Below, in pieces: positions 28,600-41,200 of a DNA stretch of 64,000 bases. The translations under genes were made by a program, and so were the position numbers. The stretch lies in contig OZ024748.1 of the NCBI GenBank assembly GCA_964016885.1, forward strand, positions 45,818,001 through 45,882,000, given 5' to 3'. The DNA comes from Eledone cirrhosa (taxonomy: Eukaryota). Position 1 is the first letter of the stretch. The number at the start of each line of letters is the position of its first letter. The notes beneath the pieces were generated by a model. That model did not search any database. It was given only the letters and a program-made list of their open reading frames with translations, and was not told the DNA's origin.

Positions 28600-28721
28600 A
28601 CATGGAACTCCTTTAACCATCTTTTGATCTTATATTATGCATACTCCAGTCCTACAAACTGTAGAGTGCTTCTTATCCGATATCTGCATTGCTTTATTGT
28701 ACTACAATAAAACTCACCTCC

Positions 28722-28835
<114 letters not shown>

Positions 28836-29269
28836 CGTGTGTGTGTGTATATATATGTGTGTGTGTGTATATTTATATACATCATTGTGTGTGTGTGTGT
28901 ATTTATATATATATATATATATATATATACATCTCTCTGTGTATGTGTATATTTATCTACTACTAATTTTATACCTTACCAAATTTCTAATGGAATGGAT
29001 ATCAGATAAATGTTAAATCGCGTCTCAAAGAAGAAAATGACATTAAAATGGAACCACTGCTTTCTTTAGATGATTTATTATTCCTATAGTAATTACTAGC
29101 AGAATGGCCCGGCGTTGCTCGGGATTTGCTCTGGGGTTCTTATATATTTGATATATATTTATCCTTATCGAGCCTCGTGAAATAAATACGTTTGCTTATA
29201 TTTTGTTATTGTGTATGCAAACATATACACATGTACATATGTACGTGTATATATATATATACGTGTGTA

Positions 29270-32200
29270 TATGCCTGGGGTGCCAAGGAGGGGCATGTAC
29301 CTCTGTAGGGGGCATCAGGGAGAGGCATGTACCTCTGTAGGGGGTGTCAGGGAGGGGCATGTACCTCTGTAGGGAGCTAGGCATGCCCTTTTCAGGACAG
29401 CTCGTCCTGCATTGGGTACCACCTGACACTCAGCTCTCACCTGTGGCCCCAAGAATCTGTAGCATGCGAGAGCGGCCACACCCTGGTAAACCCCCTTGGC
29501 TGGCGGGCCGAACTAGGTTGTGGGTAGCCGGACCGGTCTGAAACCCGCGGTGAGTTACAGAGGAGATTTCTGTCCCTTCATGCGAAGACTGGACCCGGCG
29601 GAGTGAGTGGAGGAGGACAACATCGTCCCAACAGTCACGAAGGCGGTGACAGCAAGCGGTGTGGAGCGCTAGGGCACGGCAGGTACTACAGACGTCGTGG
29701 CCATCCACTGCAGCCAAGGAAGTCCCTGGTCGTGACGGTCCTCCGTACCACCGGATTCTGGATTCTGCGGCCGAGTGAGTGGGACCGTCACTGTGCACTG
29801 GCCCTCCCACTATAAACATTTCGCGCACAGGTTTCTTCTTTAGCATGCAGTCCCAAAGTCCTGCGGCGATGGGCGAGAGGCGGAGGTAACAGGTGGAGGT
29901 AACCTCTGGGAGTTGGCAGTCTCAAACCCATACGTGGGCGGCCTGGATGCGAAGTCGTTCTTCTCCTGACCATGGGATGATAGAGGAGATCCGGCATTCC
30001 ACAGGGCGACTGAGCAGCCCTTTTCAAGGGAGCACTGTTCACCCTCGCACGAGGGAAAGGGCGATAAAAGGAGCCCTAACCAAATGCTCGTCCCACACAA
30101 AGCCTGCCAGTCTACCGCGGCTAGCGGTTTTACTCTTGCAAGTGGTGGAAACCAACATAATAGAAAGAAGAACTTGATTCTTGGCGCATGGAATGTGCGC
30201 CCCCTCATGGATAGGGAAACCTCCTTGAGGCCAGAGAGAAGAACTGCCCTCATAGCAAGGGAATTAGTTCGCTACCGGATCGACATAGCCGCCCTCAGCC
30301 AGACTAGACTCGCCGAAGAAGGATCAGTAGCAGAACCGAAAGGAGGCTACACTTTCTTCTGGAAGGGCAATGCAAAGGACGAGGACAGAATCCACGGCAT
30401 TGGCTTGGCCATCAGGACTTCACTCTGCAAGCAGCTACCAGACCTCCCAACACCTGTGAGTGAGCGGCTGATGAAGCTCCACTTCCACCTCGACCCATCT
30501 CGGCATGTCACAGTCATCAGCGCGTACGGCCTCACTCTCACCAGCAGCGATAAAGCAAAGGACGCTTTCTACGGGGAACTCAACGCACTCGTGAAGGGCG
30601 TCCCCCCAAGCGATAAACTCATCCTACTGGGAGACTTCAACGCAAGAGTCGGCTTTGATAGCAGCAACTGAAGAGGCATGCTGGGACCTCACGGCACAGG
30701 GAAGCTGAACGTTAACGGCCTCATACTGTTGAGTTTCTGCACCGAGATCGACCTCACCATCACCAGCACGCTGTTCCGCCAGGCAGACAAGTTCAAAACG
30801 ACATGGATGCACCCTACATCCAAACAATGGCATCTGACGCAGGAGGGACATCCGTGACGTCAGAATCACCAGGGCCAAGCGTGGTACAGAATATTGGACC
30901 GACCATCGCCTTGTCTGGACCTTCCTGTCACTGCACACCACCCCGACGCATCACAAGACTCCGAAAGTTTGTAGGCCAGCTTTCGACGTCGCACGACTCA
31001 AGCAGCCAGAGCATCGTGATGCGTTCGCGGAAGACCTGGATGGCCGGCTGACTGCCCATGGACCACTGACAGGACTCCCAACTCAACAGTGGGACCAGTT
31101 CAGGTCGCTGGTGACAGAGCCAGCCAAGGAAACCATCGGGCCGAGGAAGAGAGTCCACCAGGACTGGTTTGATGAAAACAATAAGCGGATCAGACAACTC
31201 CTGGACGAGAAGAGGAGGCTTTCATTGAGTGGCAGAATGACAGCTCCTCCACCTCGAAGCGCGACCGCTTCAAGCACCTCCAGAGGCAAACCCAAACAGC
31301 CCTACGCAGAATGCAGGACAAGTGGTGGGAAAAGAAGGCCAAATAAGTCGAGAGATACGCTGACACAAAGGACTCCAAGATGTTCTTCAGCGCCATCAGG
31401 GGCGTCTACGGACCCCCAAAGCCTGCCACCACTCCACTGTTGTCTGCTGACGGCTCGATCCTGCTGAAGGAGAAGAGCAGCATCAACTCGATGTGGAGAG
31501 AGAGCACTTCAGCAACCTGCTCAACATGACCTCCAGTGTGGGCTCAGCTGCTATCGACCAGGTCCCACAGAAGCCCGTAGTCGGCAGTCTCGACCCCCCC
31601 CCCACGTTGGATGAAATCACGAAGGCAATCAACCAGACCAGTTCAGGAAAGGCCCCTGTGAAGGACGGGGTTCCTGCGGAGATTTTCAAGTCGGCCGATC
31701 CAGCTGCCCTGGGGGGCCTTCCACACCCTCCTCGTCAGCATATGGTAGGAAGAAGAGGTGCCCAAAGACTTTAGGTATGACACAGTTGTCTCACTTTTTA
31801 AGAACAAAGGCAGCAAAACTGACTCTGGTAACTATCGGGACATTTCTCTACTGTCCATCGCTGGGAAGGACCTGGCTCGGGTCATGCTCAACCGCCTCAT
31901 TGCCAACATCTCGGAGGACAAACTGCCTGAGGCCCAGTGTGGGTTCCGCCCACACTGGTCTTCTCTGTACGCCAGGTGCAGGAAAAGTGTGTCGAGCAGA
32001 ACATGGACCTATTTACCGTCTTCATAGACGAAGGCATTCGACATTGTCAACAGGGAAGCCCTCTGGTCGATCCTGTCGATGTTTGGATGCCCGATAAAGT
32101 TTGTGAACCTGATACGGCAATTCCATGACGACATGACCGGGCAGGTGCGCTCGGGCGGAGAGGCATCGGAGCCGTTCGGAATCACCAACGGCGTCAAGCA

Positions 32201-33365
32201 AGGTGCGTACTAGCTCCCGTACTCTTCAACCTGTTCTTCACCTGTGCGCTCAACCATGCCGTCAGGGACCTCGAGCACGGAGTGTATCTGCGATACAGAC
32301 TGGACGGCTCCCTCTTTGAACTTCGGCGCCTGACGGCCAAGACAAGGACCATGCAGAGGATCGTCCTGGAGGCACTCTTTGCTGACGACTGTGCCCTCAT
32401 GGCCCACAGGGAGTCTGACCTCCAACTCATCGTCAACAAGTTCGCGGAGGCCTCCTGCCTCTTCGGTCTCACAATTAGCTTTGGCAAGAAAGTATTCCTT
32501 TTCCAGCTTGCACCTGCCTCCGTCCTTCCATCTCCATAGGAGGCACCTAGCTAAAGACGGTGGACGACTTCAAGTACCTCGGCAGTGACATCAGCAGCGA
32601 TGGAAGCCTCGACAAGGAGATAAACGCCAGAATCTGCAAGGCCAGTCAAGCCCTCGGCCGCCTGACGACACACGTTCTGAACCAGCACAACATCAGGCAA
32701 TCCACCAAGCTCAAGGTGTACAGGGCCGTTGTTCTCACCAGCCTCCTCTAAGGATGTGAGACATGGACCCTGTACAGAAGGCACCTGAAGCAACTGGAAC
32801 GGTTCCACATACGCAGCCTGCGGTCAATCATGAACATCAAATGGCAGGACAAGGTCTCCACCATCGATGTTCTTGACATGGCTGAGACAACCAGTGTCGA
32901 AGTTATGATACTGAAGAGCCAACTTCGATGGGTGGGACATGTCATCCGGATGGACGATCACAGGCTTCCGAATCAACCGATGTATGGAGAACTCTGTTCG
33001 GGGAAACGAAAGCGGGGCAGGCCTTTTAAGAGGTTCAAAGACTGCATGATGTCAAGTATCAACAACACTGGAATCGCGCCAAAACACCTCGAGTCTCATG
33101 CTCAGGACAGGACAGAGTGGCGAGCCCTTACCACACGCGCCAAAGACTCTTTTGAAGAGAAGAGACTGGCAGAGATCATCGAGGCCCCCGAAAGGAGGAG
33201 AAAGGCATCAACAGCTGCCCCAAGCGACTCCGGTCTCTTCCCCTTCCCCCACCGTCCCTGGACCTGCAAGTGAAGGATCGGCCTCCACAACGACCTTCGT
33301 GCCCATGACAGACAGGAACTGAAGTAAAGAAGATGTCACCATTGTTTACGATGGACAACCAAGAT
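29270..33365 (+). mobile_element. Full-length, decayed RTE-clade (BovB-like) LINE
   Basis: APE motifs (GAWNVR, DIAALSQTR, LLGDFNARVG), RT motifs (NYR.ISLLSI.GK, QCGFR, LFADDCAL, FKYLGS), RWVGHVIRM, degenerate C-terminal C2H2; many frameshifts; ~0.85-kb 5' UTR with 32-bp repeat x3. Confidence 0.9.
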
Positions 33366-33392
33366 ACAAAAATAACTATACGAATCTATAAT

Positions 33393-33419
<27 letters not shown>

Positions 33420-33423
<4 letters not shown>

Positions 33424-36400
33424 GGAGAAAAAGACGATTATTAGGAAGAAAAATATTTTTTGTTCCCTTTTTATATATTTCTCTCTTTTTTCTGGGTTAG
33501 AAACTGATTAAAACGAAATATTTTACTTTGTGTGAAGTGTTAAGGTATTAGTTGATTTATTTATTAATTAACAATGGCATTTATTTATTTATTTATTTAT
33601 ATATTTAATAATTGTCTATTACGGGTTTCAGCATTTTTATGCATTATCAAATGAAAATAATATGTATTGGTGTAGAATGGTGGGGTTGGACATGTTAAAG
33701 AAATGGTGCAGAAAGAATAATGTTATTTACAAACAAGGTTTATGAAGTGAAAAGAAAAAAGAAAAAAGAAAAAAGAAAAAAGAAAAAAGAAAAAAGAAAA
33801 AAGAAAAAAGAAAAAAGAAAAAAGAAAAAAAAGGAGCGTAATGTGGAGCATATTAAGTCAATGCGAAAGAAAAGATAATGTTATTTACAGGCATAGTTCT
33901 TGAAGATAAGCAGATCAAAATGTGTTAATATAGCAAGGGCGCTTAGTTGATTCATGATGGAGGCAAATGGTGGATTGGGGTTTGATATGATTTCCCTTTT
34001 TAGAGAGTTAATATGCAGGGGGAGGTAATTCATGCTGGATGATATTTAATTTATTTAAGAGAAAGGATTAGGTAGGGTGTGAGGGGGGTAATTCTTTAGA
34101 GAGACATAGGTATTTGTAAATGTTTGATTGTTCGTTTCAGTTTTAGTTTAGTACGAAGTTTAGTGCATTAAGTAGGGGTTGGAATTTGTTAATGAAATAC
34201 GTTTCCTTATTGGTACGATGGATGAAAGTAGCGTTGTCTATGAATTTGTAAATGGGGAAAATTTTAAAGTTCGGATGTTGGTTGGGTGCACAATTGGCGA
34301 AATGTTCACTAAATGCAATCTTTCTGTATTCCTGTATTTTGATTTGTGATTTATGGACGGTCATACGTTGTCGGAGCCTGTTTTTTGTCTGTCCTATGTA
34401 GTGCTCTTGACAATCTGAGCAGGTCAAAACATAGATTAGGTTTCAGATGCAAATGTAAAGTTGTGTTTAACTGTGAAATGTTGTTATTGTTTAAAATGGA
34501 ATGTTGAACCTTCTATTAGATTTATGCATATGCCACAGTTGGGCCTTCCGCATTTTGTTATTGTAGGGTTCATTGTGAGGGTTTGTTGTATTTTGGCTTG
34601 TGTGAGGATGTTTTTTATGGATTTAGGTTGTCTTTTGCTCTTTATGATGTTGTGTGTTTGGAGGATTTTTTTCATTCTTGGGTCTCTTTTTAGTAAAGGA
34701 ATGTTCTGGAGGATGGTGTCGAATGCCTCATTGTTGAGGGGGTTGTGTGTGGAGATGTATGGTAGAGTTTTATGTTGCGGTTCATTCCTGGGTTTGGGGT
34801 GTCTGAGTTCCTGGATGTCGAGTTTTAGGGCACGTTGGAATCCATTGTTGATTGAGGATGGTTGGTAGTTTCTGCTGACAAGTGTTTTTTAATTCTTCTA
34901 GTCGTGTGTAGCATGTGTATTTATCTGAAACTATTGTGCAGATCCTTCTGGCTAGGTTATAATGAATTGCCATTTTGGTGTGTTTAGGGTGGCACGAGTT
35001 GAATGGAAGGCATTGTTTGGAGTCTGTGGGTTTGTAGTATATGTCTGTTTCTATTTTGTTGTTTGTTTTCTTGATGAGGATGTCGAGGAAAGGGAGTTGT
35101 TCATGACTGTAATCCATTGTGAATTGTAAGTTTGTGTTGAGTCCATTCAGAAGGGTTTTAAACTCAATCAGTCTATCTATACTTTCATGCCAGATGATGA
35201 AGCAGTCGTCCAGATATCTCTTCCAGTTCTTTTCTATGTGTTGGTAGAAGTGGTTGCCGTATTTGTCTAGAACTTTGCGTTACAGAGTGGTTTCCAAATA
35301 TCCCATGACAAGGTTGGCGTATGAGAGGGCTACTTTCGTGCCCATTGCAGTCCCAGATTTCTGTCTGTAGTATTTGGCGTTGAATTCGAAGAAATTGCTT
35401 TCCAAGATAAATTTGAGTCCCTCCAACACAAATTCTTTAGGGATGCCCTGTGGGAGTTCACTAAGGACATTTTCAAGCCAGAATTGTATTGCCTCTATAC
35501 CTAGGATGTGTGGGATATTGGAATATAAATTGATGACATCAAGGGTTACTAGTAGGGTATGTTCATTATTGAGTGTTGTTGGGAGGTGGTTGAGCATGTC
35601 ATTGTCGTCCCTTATGAAGCTTTTTATGTGTTTTAGGAAAGGTTTAAGCAGAATATCTAGGAAGTTGCTTAGGCGTTGGGTTTCACATGTGGTACCTGCT
35701 ATTATGGGTCTTAATTTAAGGTCATCAGGAGGGGCTATATTGATGTAAATGTCTGTGGCTTGCTTGCAGGCCGTACCTATTACTTCGCATTTGTGTGTCT
35801 TTGGGATACGGTAGAAGAGGCTGGTTCTGCTTTTGAAATTGATGATGTAGTTGTATTCCTTGTCTGTAAGGCCTTCTTTGTAAAGGGTTGTTAGGGATTT
35901 CAGGTTTCTCATTATTTTCTGTTGTGTGTAGTGTTGGGCCTTTTCATAATATGTTTGGTTTTCTAGAGTTGAGAGTAACTAGAGTCGTGTAATAATCTGT
36001 CTCCATAAGGACTACTGCACTCCCTTTATCTGCCTCTTTGATTGTTAGGATTTTGTCGTTTTTTAGACTGTTAAGACCATTCCATTGTTTCTTGCTTAGG
36101 TTTGGTTTTTGTTTATGTCTGTGTAGGTGGTGGTATGGGTAATTAGTAATGTGTTCGCAGAATTGATCGAGGAATTTGTTCTTGCCTTTTGGTGGGGTGT
36201 AGTTGCTTCTATTTCTGGTTATTGAGTCATCCTCATTGTATTAGTTTTCTACAGAATTCTGCAATATCTTCCTTCATTTCGGGGTAGTTTGGTTGTTGGG
36301 AAGTTGGTGTAAATTTTAAACTTTTGGAGAGTATGTTGATTTTGTCTGTTGTTAATTCTTTAGAAGTTAAATTAACAATTTTTATTACATTTTCTGTCTC

Positions 36401-36720
36401 CTGTGTGTTTTGTGTTATCTTGTTATCCTGTGTCTGTGTGCTGTGTCTAAAAAATGATTACGGAAGTTGTGGTGGCTGTTGAAGTTTGGATGTCTCTTAT
36501 AGTTGTATTGGCCCCTGCTGTTGTTGTTAGATGGTGTGTAGCTGTGGTGATTGTTGAAGTTAGGTTGTATCGTGTGGTTGTATTGAGCCCTGCCGATGTT
36601 GTAGGGTGTATAGATTTGGTGGACGTGGTTATAGGGTGTGAAGTTGTGGTGGTTGTTGAAGTTGGGTTGTATCGTATTGTTAAACTGAGGACTGCTGTTG
36701 TTGTAGAAACCATAATTTTG
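33420..36720 (-). mobile_element. Near-full-length decayed PLE of a second clade (Neptune/Naiad-like; coding remnants 34143-36713)
   Basis: IVNLT..LSK.LKFTPT, ADKG.AVV, RPII.G, LDVINLYSNIPH, GTAMGTK, RYLDD, YYKPTD..SCHP, CGRPNCGIC, IY..C..C..YIGQT; possible HHR relic at 33615-33655. Confidence 0.9.
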
Positions 36721-37136
36721 AAATATTTTCTAGGGTGGTGTCTTTGGTTTTATTGATAATTGCTTGATTAATCTCATCGTCAATTAATTTGATCCTATCT
36801 TCATTTGCTTGGGCTCTATTATATTAAAATAACAGATTAAAGTTTAAGCAAAGAATCGTTGCTTTCACCCTTAACGGGATCTTGTGAAACTAAAAAAATC
36901 AGTCTGTGAACGCAGAAGTAAATATTTCAAAAAACGTTACACATTATATATATATACACACACTATATATACATATATATACACACACACACATGTAGCG
37001 TCATAATGTCGTAAAGCAGACAGCCAGACATACAGACATTCTCTGTTTTAGATATATAGATGATATGGCCAACTTTGGAAACTTGCCATTATGCAGTATA
37101 ATGGAAATCAGTCATTATTTTCAGGCCTCTCTCTCT

Positions 37137-37217
<81 letters not shown>

Positions 37218-37231
37218 GTCTTAAGCCAGAA

Positions 37232-37473
37232 GGATCATTTGGCCGGTGTTTCATGGCGTGAAGCGACTGAGGGTACAAGACTCCTCCCTGGACAGGACGC
37301 CAGTCCATCGCAGGGTTAAACCTCCAGCTATTGCTGGTACTCATTTTCAGCTGAGTAAACTGGAGCAACATGAAATGAAGTGTCTTGCTCAAGAACACAA
37401 CACGCAACCCATGAATCGAAACCACGACATTATGATCGTGAGTCCAACACTCTTACCACTAGGCCACGTGCCT

Positions 37474-37475
<2 letters not shown>
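37232..37475 (-). mobile_element. Second SINE family: tRNA head + CORE-like + V-like domains
   Basis: Minus: GTGGCCTAGTGGTAAGAG, GGTTTCGATTC, TCTTGAGCAAGACACTT, CCTGCGATGGACTGGCGTCCTGTCCAGGG. Confidence 0.7.
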
Positions 37476-37570
<95 letters not shown>

Positions 37571-37845
37571 TGTTTAATATAGAAATGGTTTCTACACGAC
37601 TAGAACTGTTTCATTCGGGAGAATTCATCATGATGATTTCTCCCGAATGAAACAGTTCTAGTCCTGTAGAAACAATTTCTATATTAAATATTTATACTCT
37701 GCTATGTATTGAGTACCTTACTTACTGTGGTTACCCCCGATTGGACCCAGGATAAACTTATTTATTTATCTACATATATATCCGTAAATATAAATGTATG
37801 CCTATAGGTACAACACTCACACACCACACAAATATACACACACAA

Positions 37846-37971
<126 letters not shown>

Positions 37972-38011
37972 ATATTAAATAAATGGAAACTATATTTATA
38001 AAACCATATAT

Positions 38012-38076
38012 ATTTTATTATATATATTTCAAGGGTACCAAGACAACATTGGTACGCTGCTTTCATCAGATAAAAT
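38012..38076 (-). ncRNA. Type I hammerhead ribozyme in pLTR remnant 37968-38210
   Basis: ttttat CTGATGA..gtaccaa/ttggtac..GAAA tatata TA ataaaa. Confidence 0.8.
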
Positions 38077-38206
38077 ACAAAGTTTGTTTTATAAATAGAG
38101 ACATACCCATGAAAATCATACCTTATCGGTTGTAATATGTTGAGTACTCTAAATCAGTTACAAAAAACATTTATATTAGTCGGACTTCCAACAAATTAAA
38201 TACCCC

Positions 38207-38264
<58 letters not shown>

Positions 38265-41200
38265 CGTTGACAAATATATCAATATGCCCAGACATGCAGA
38301 TATATTGCCCTTGGTATGACAGTGTGGTTTTAGCTTAATGTAGGATAACTAGTATACTACAGAGGCGTTATTGTTATAGGAGTAACCAAAGCGTGCTTAG
38401 AAATACATTGTTTTATTAGCCAACAGTGTTTCATCCATACACCATGGCAGGTATCATCAGAGCCTATACACATGAGTATATCAGCAGTTTCATGCTCCAT
38501 CGCGCTGCGTCACCAGAACAAGGTTAAAGGACCAGCAGGGGGTCCCGAGGCCAACGCTATATGGAAAAAGGCAGAATACATGATGTACATAATGTCATAA
38601 AATGTCTTAAAAATTAAAAAATTAAAAATTACACCAAAAATTGATCACTTAAATGGTGCAATAGATGATAAAGAGGTCGGGAGAGGGTAGCAAGGGATGA
38701 GTGAGGGTATTACTCAGCATGATCAGAAACAATAAGAAAATAATTAAAAAAATAATAATAAAAAAGTACAAAAATACAGGAATAAGAAAAGAGATAAATA
38801 TAAAAATACAAAACAATAAAGGAACAAAAAGCCCGGAAACCCCAAAGAAATATAAGACAAAGCAAAGCATAGATGTATCAAAGCACAAGCAGTGCAAAAA
38901 GAGGGTGTACAGGCAGATCAAGAGAGTTTGCAAGCATGAGTCTGTGAAAAGAATAGTTGGTTAGCAGTGGTGCAGACTTACCTGTATGATAGTCCATATG
39001 AGGGATGGTGTACTCCAATTATATCACCTTGTAACAGGTCGATTCTCCTTATCATATCCGCAACTACGAGTTAAAGAAATGTATGGTACATATACAGCCG
39101 ACACAGATGTGAGGAAATTGAAAACACGCCAGGTCCGCAGAAACTGGGATTCCCCAAAATCCTCACGTTCGGTCGCTTAATCCAACGTTCCAGGTGAAAT
39201 TCCCTGTATGTCCAAGTTGGCGTTCAACCAATGTATCGTACCGCATACAACTATACCACAGTAAATACAAATCGTGATGGCTATCCCGTTACATATAGAG
39301 AAAAAGTGTATATAGGAAACTTCGCTTCCAGAATCACATATGGCAAGATAAGCATATATTGTTATAATAATAGGCGGGTTTATTATAGTGAGTGCAAATT
39401 TCTGTAGAATATATAGATATATATAGAAGGGAGAACTCACAGCCAAATCTGTCAATGACAGCTATGTTATTTATATTTCCGCCACGTGGTTTTCGTTTAG
39501 ATTATTGACTCTGGTGGTTGCAATCCATTCACAGTCGGGGTTGACCCCTCCTGCGTCGGCGGGAGTTCAATATCCAGTGCTGCACTTTGCCTTGAGTGTG
39601 GTTCTATAATTCATCAAAGCTGGATCACAATTCATATTCAACTAACTCCAACTTTCAAAGATTAGTCTCTCGCTAGTAACACATAACGGTAGTCTGAATA
39701 TAAACACATGAAGTCGTAGTGTACGTATGAAAGGTATGGGAGGCAATTCGCGTCATAAAGGGTGATTTCATTAGCTATCCAACGGGGTGCTAGGGGCGAG
39801 CCTTTTGTTTGATTCGAAGCCTTCGGCGATCAACCTCCCCTTCCCCCTGGGGCTAGGTCGATTCAGCGGCGCCAAGCCCACACGATTTGCTACCATAGTT
39901 CACTATACTAGTTTAGATCTATTACACACTTTAGGGTTAAGGTTAACTAGACCCCGGGTGCCCAATTCACCCGCTTCACTATTGTGCTGTGCTATCAGTT
40001 AGCGCACAATGGGTGTGTTTATAAACCATACTAACATGCTTAGTGTGGGTATGTGCCTATATAGGGTCAAGCTGTGCTAGGTATAGTGAAAAGCCTTAAG
40101 TAGGTTCTACCCCAGGATATTGGCTTATATTCCAATAAGATGAACCAGGAAAGAGAGGAAGAAAAGTAAGAGAGGGGGAAGAAGAGAAGAGGTGTTAGAG
40201 TAGTCTATATGCACCTGAAGGGAAGTTATCGTCACAAAGGAACCAGGATGCAGTGCGGCGTGTGTTTACGTAGGCCAGACAGGATGGATGTATGCAGCTC
40301 CTACAGCTTTAGCTAATTGGTCTAAAATAATAGAAGGAGCTAAGATTTATGTGCGGGCAAGAAGAGAATATCTCCGACTTCCTATTTAGCAGGTTCAGTT
40401 TGGAGTGTATTATGGCGTGTGATTCAGAGAGACAAAGGTCACAGGTCTTGTTAAGGGGTCTGTACTGCGATGATTTAGTGATGATTCTCCAATCAAGCGT
40501 GTATTGAATATCAGTGTTCTTCAGGAGGGATATGTAACTAGCTAGGGATGTAGTATTCTGAAGTCTATCATGACTAAATGTATAGCGATGGGAGTTGTAT
40601 CTAATCTTAAAGGGGGTCGATGTAGACCCTATATATGTTTTGGAGGAGGTCCGAGTTGTAACATCACATGCGTAGATAACATTGTTTATAAGGCATTGCC
40701 CCTTTAGGGGGCACTCTGCCTTTCGTCTGCAGTTACATTTTCAGTGTACGTGAGTCTGCGGCACAGGAGATGTTTGGTTTTCCGTGCGTTCCAGATTTGG
40801 CAACCGTACATCAGATGTGTGGATAGTATTCCTAGGTGACGCCGCATCAGGTCTATCTAGTGGTTGCCGGTGTGCCGCAGCTGCAATGGTATCGAAACCC
40901 TTTCTAATTTTGTTGTTGTTCGTTATGGCTACGTGACGAGCTAGATTTGGAGTAGTGGAGAATGGTAATTGTGTTTTTATTAATGATACTATGGTATTTA
41001 CTACCGGGGAGGGGGGTCCAAGATCGAGAAGAATGCCTTTGGTATATTGGTTGATACCTCCGAGTTGTAAGGTGGATTAAAGTAGGAATTAGATCTTCGT
41101 CTATTTTTCTTATTTTTCGTACTAGGGGAAGAGTTGGCCTTGGGCATAGACAACCCATCTTCCGTGGTAGGGAGAACTTGGGGTGGTAACCTTACCCGGA

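Larger units (their letters stand above)
29096..37060 (-). mobile_element. Non-autonomous Helitron-like element interrupted by nested RTE and PLE insertions
   Basis: Minus strand: A|TCTATATATC..(GTCT)-like repeats at 37060-37015; 3' GC hairpin CCCGAGCAACGCCGGG then CTAG|T at 29123-29096. Confidence 0.65.
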
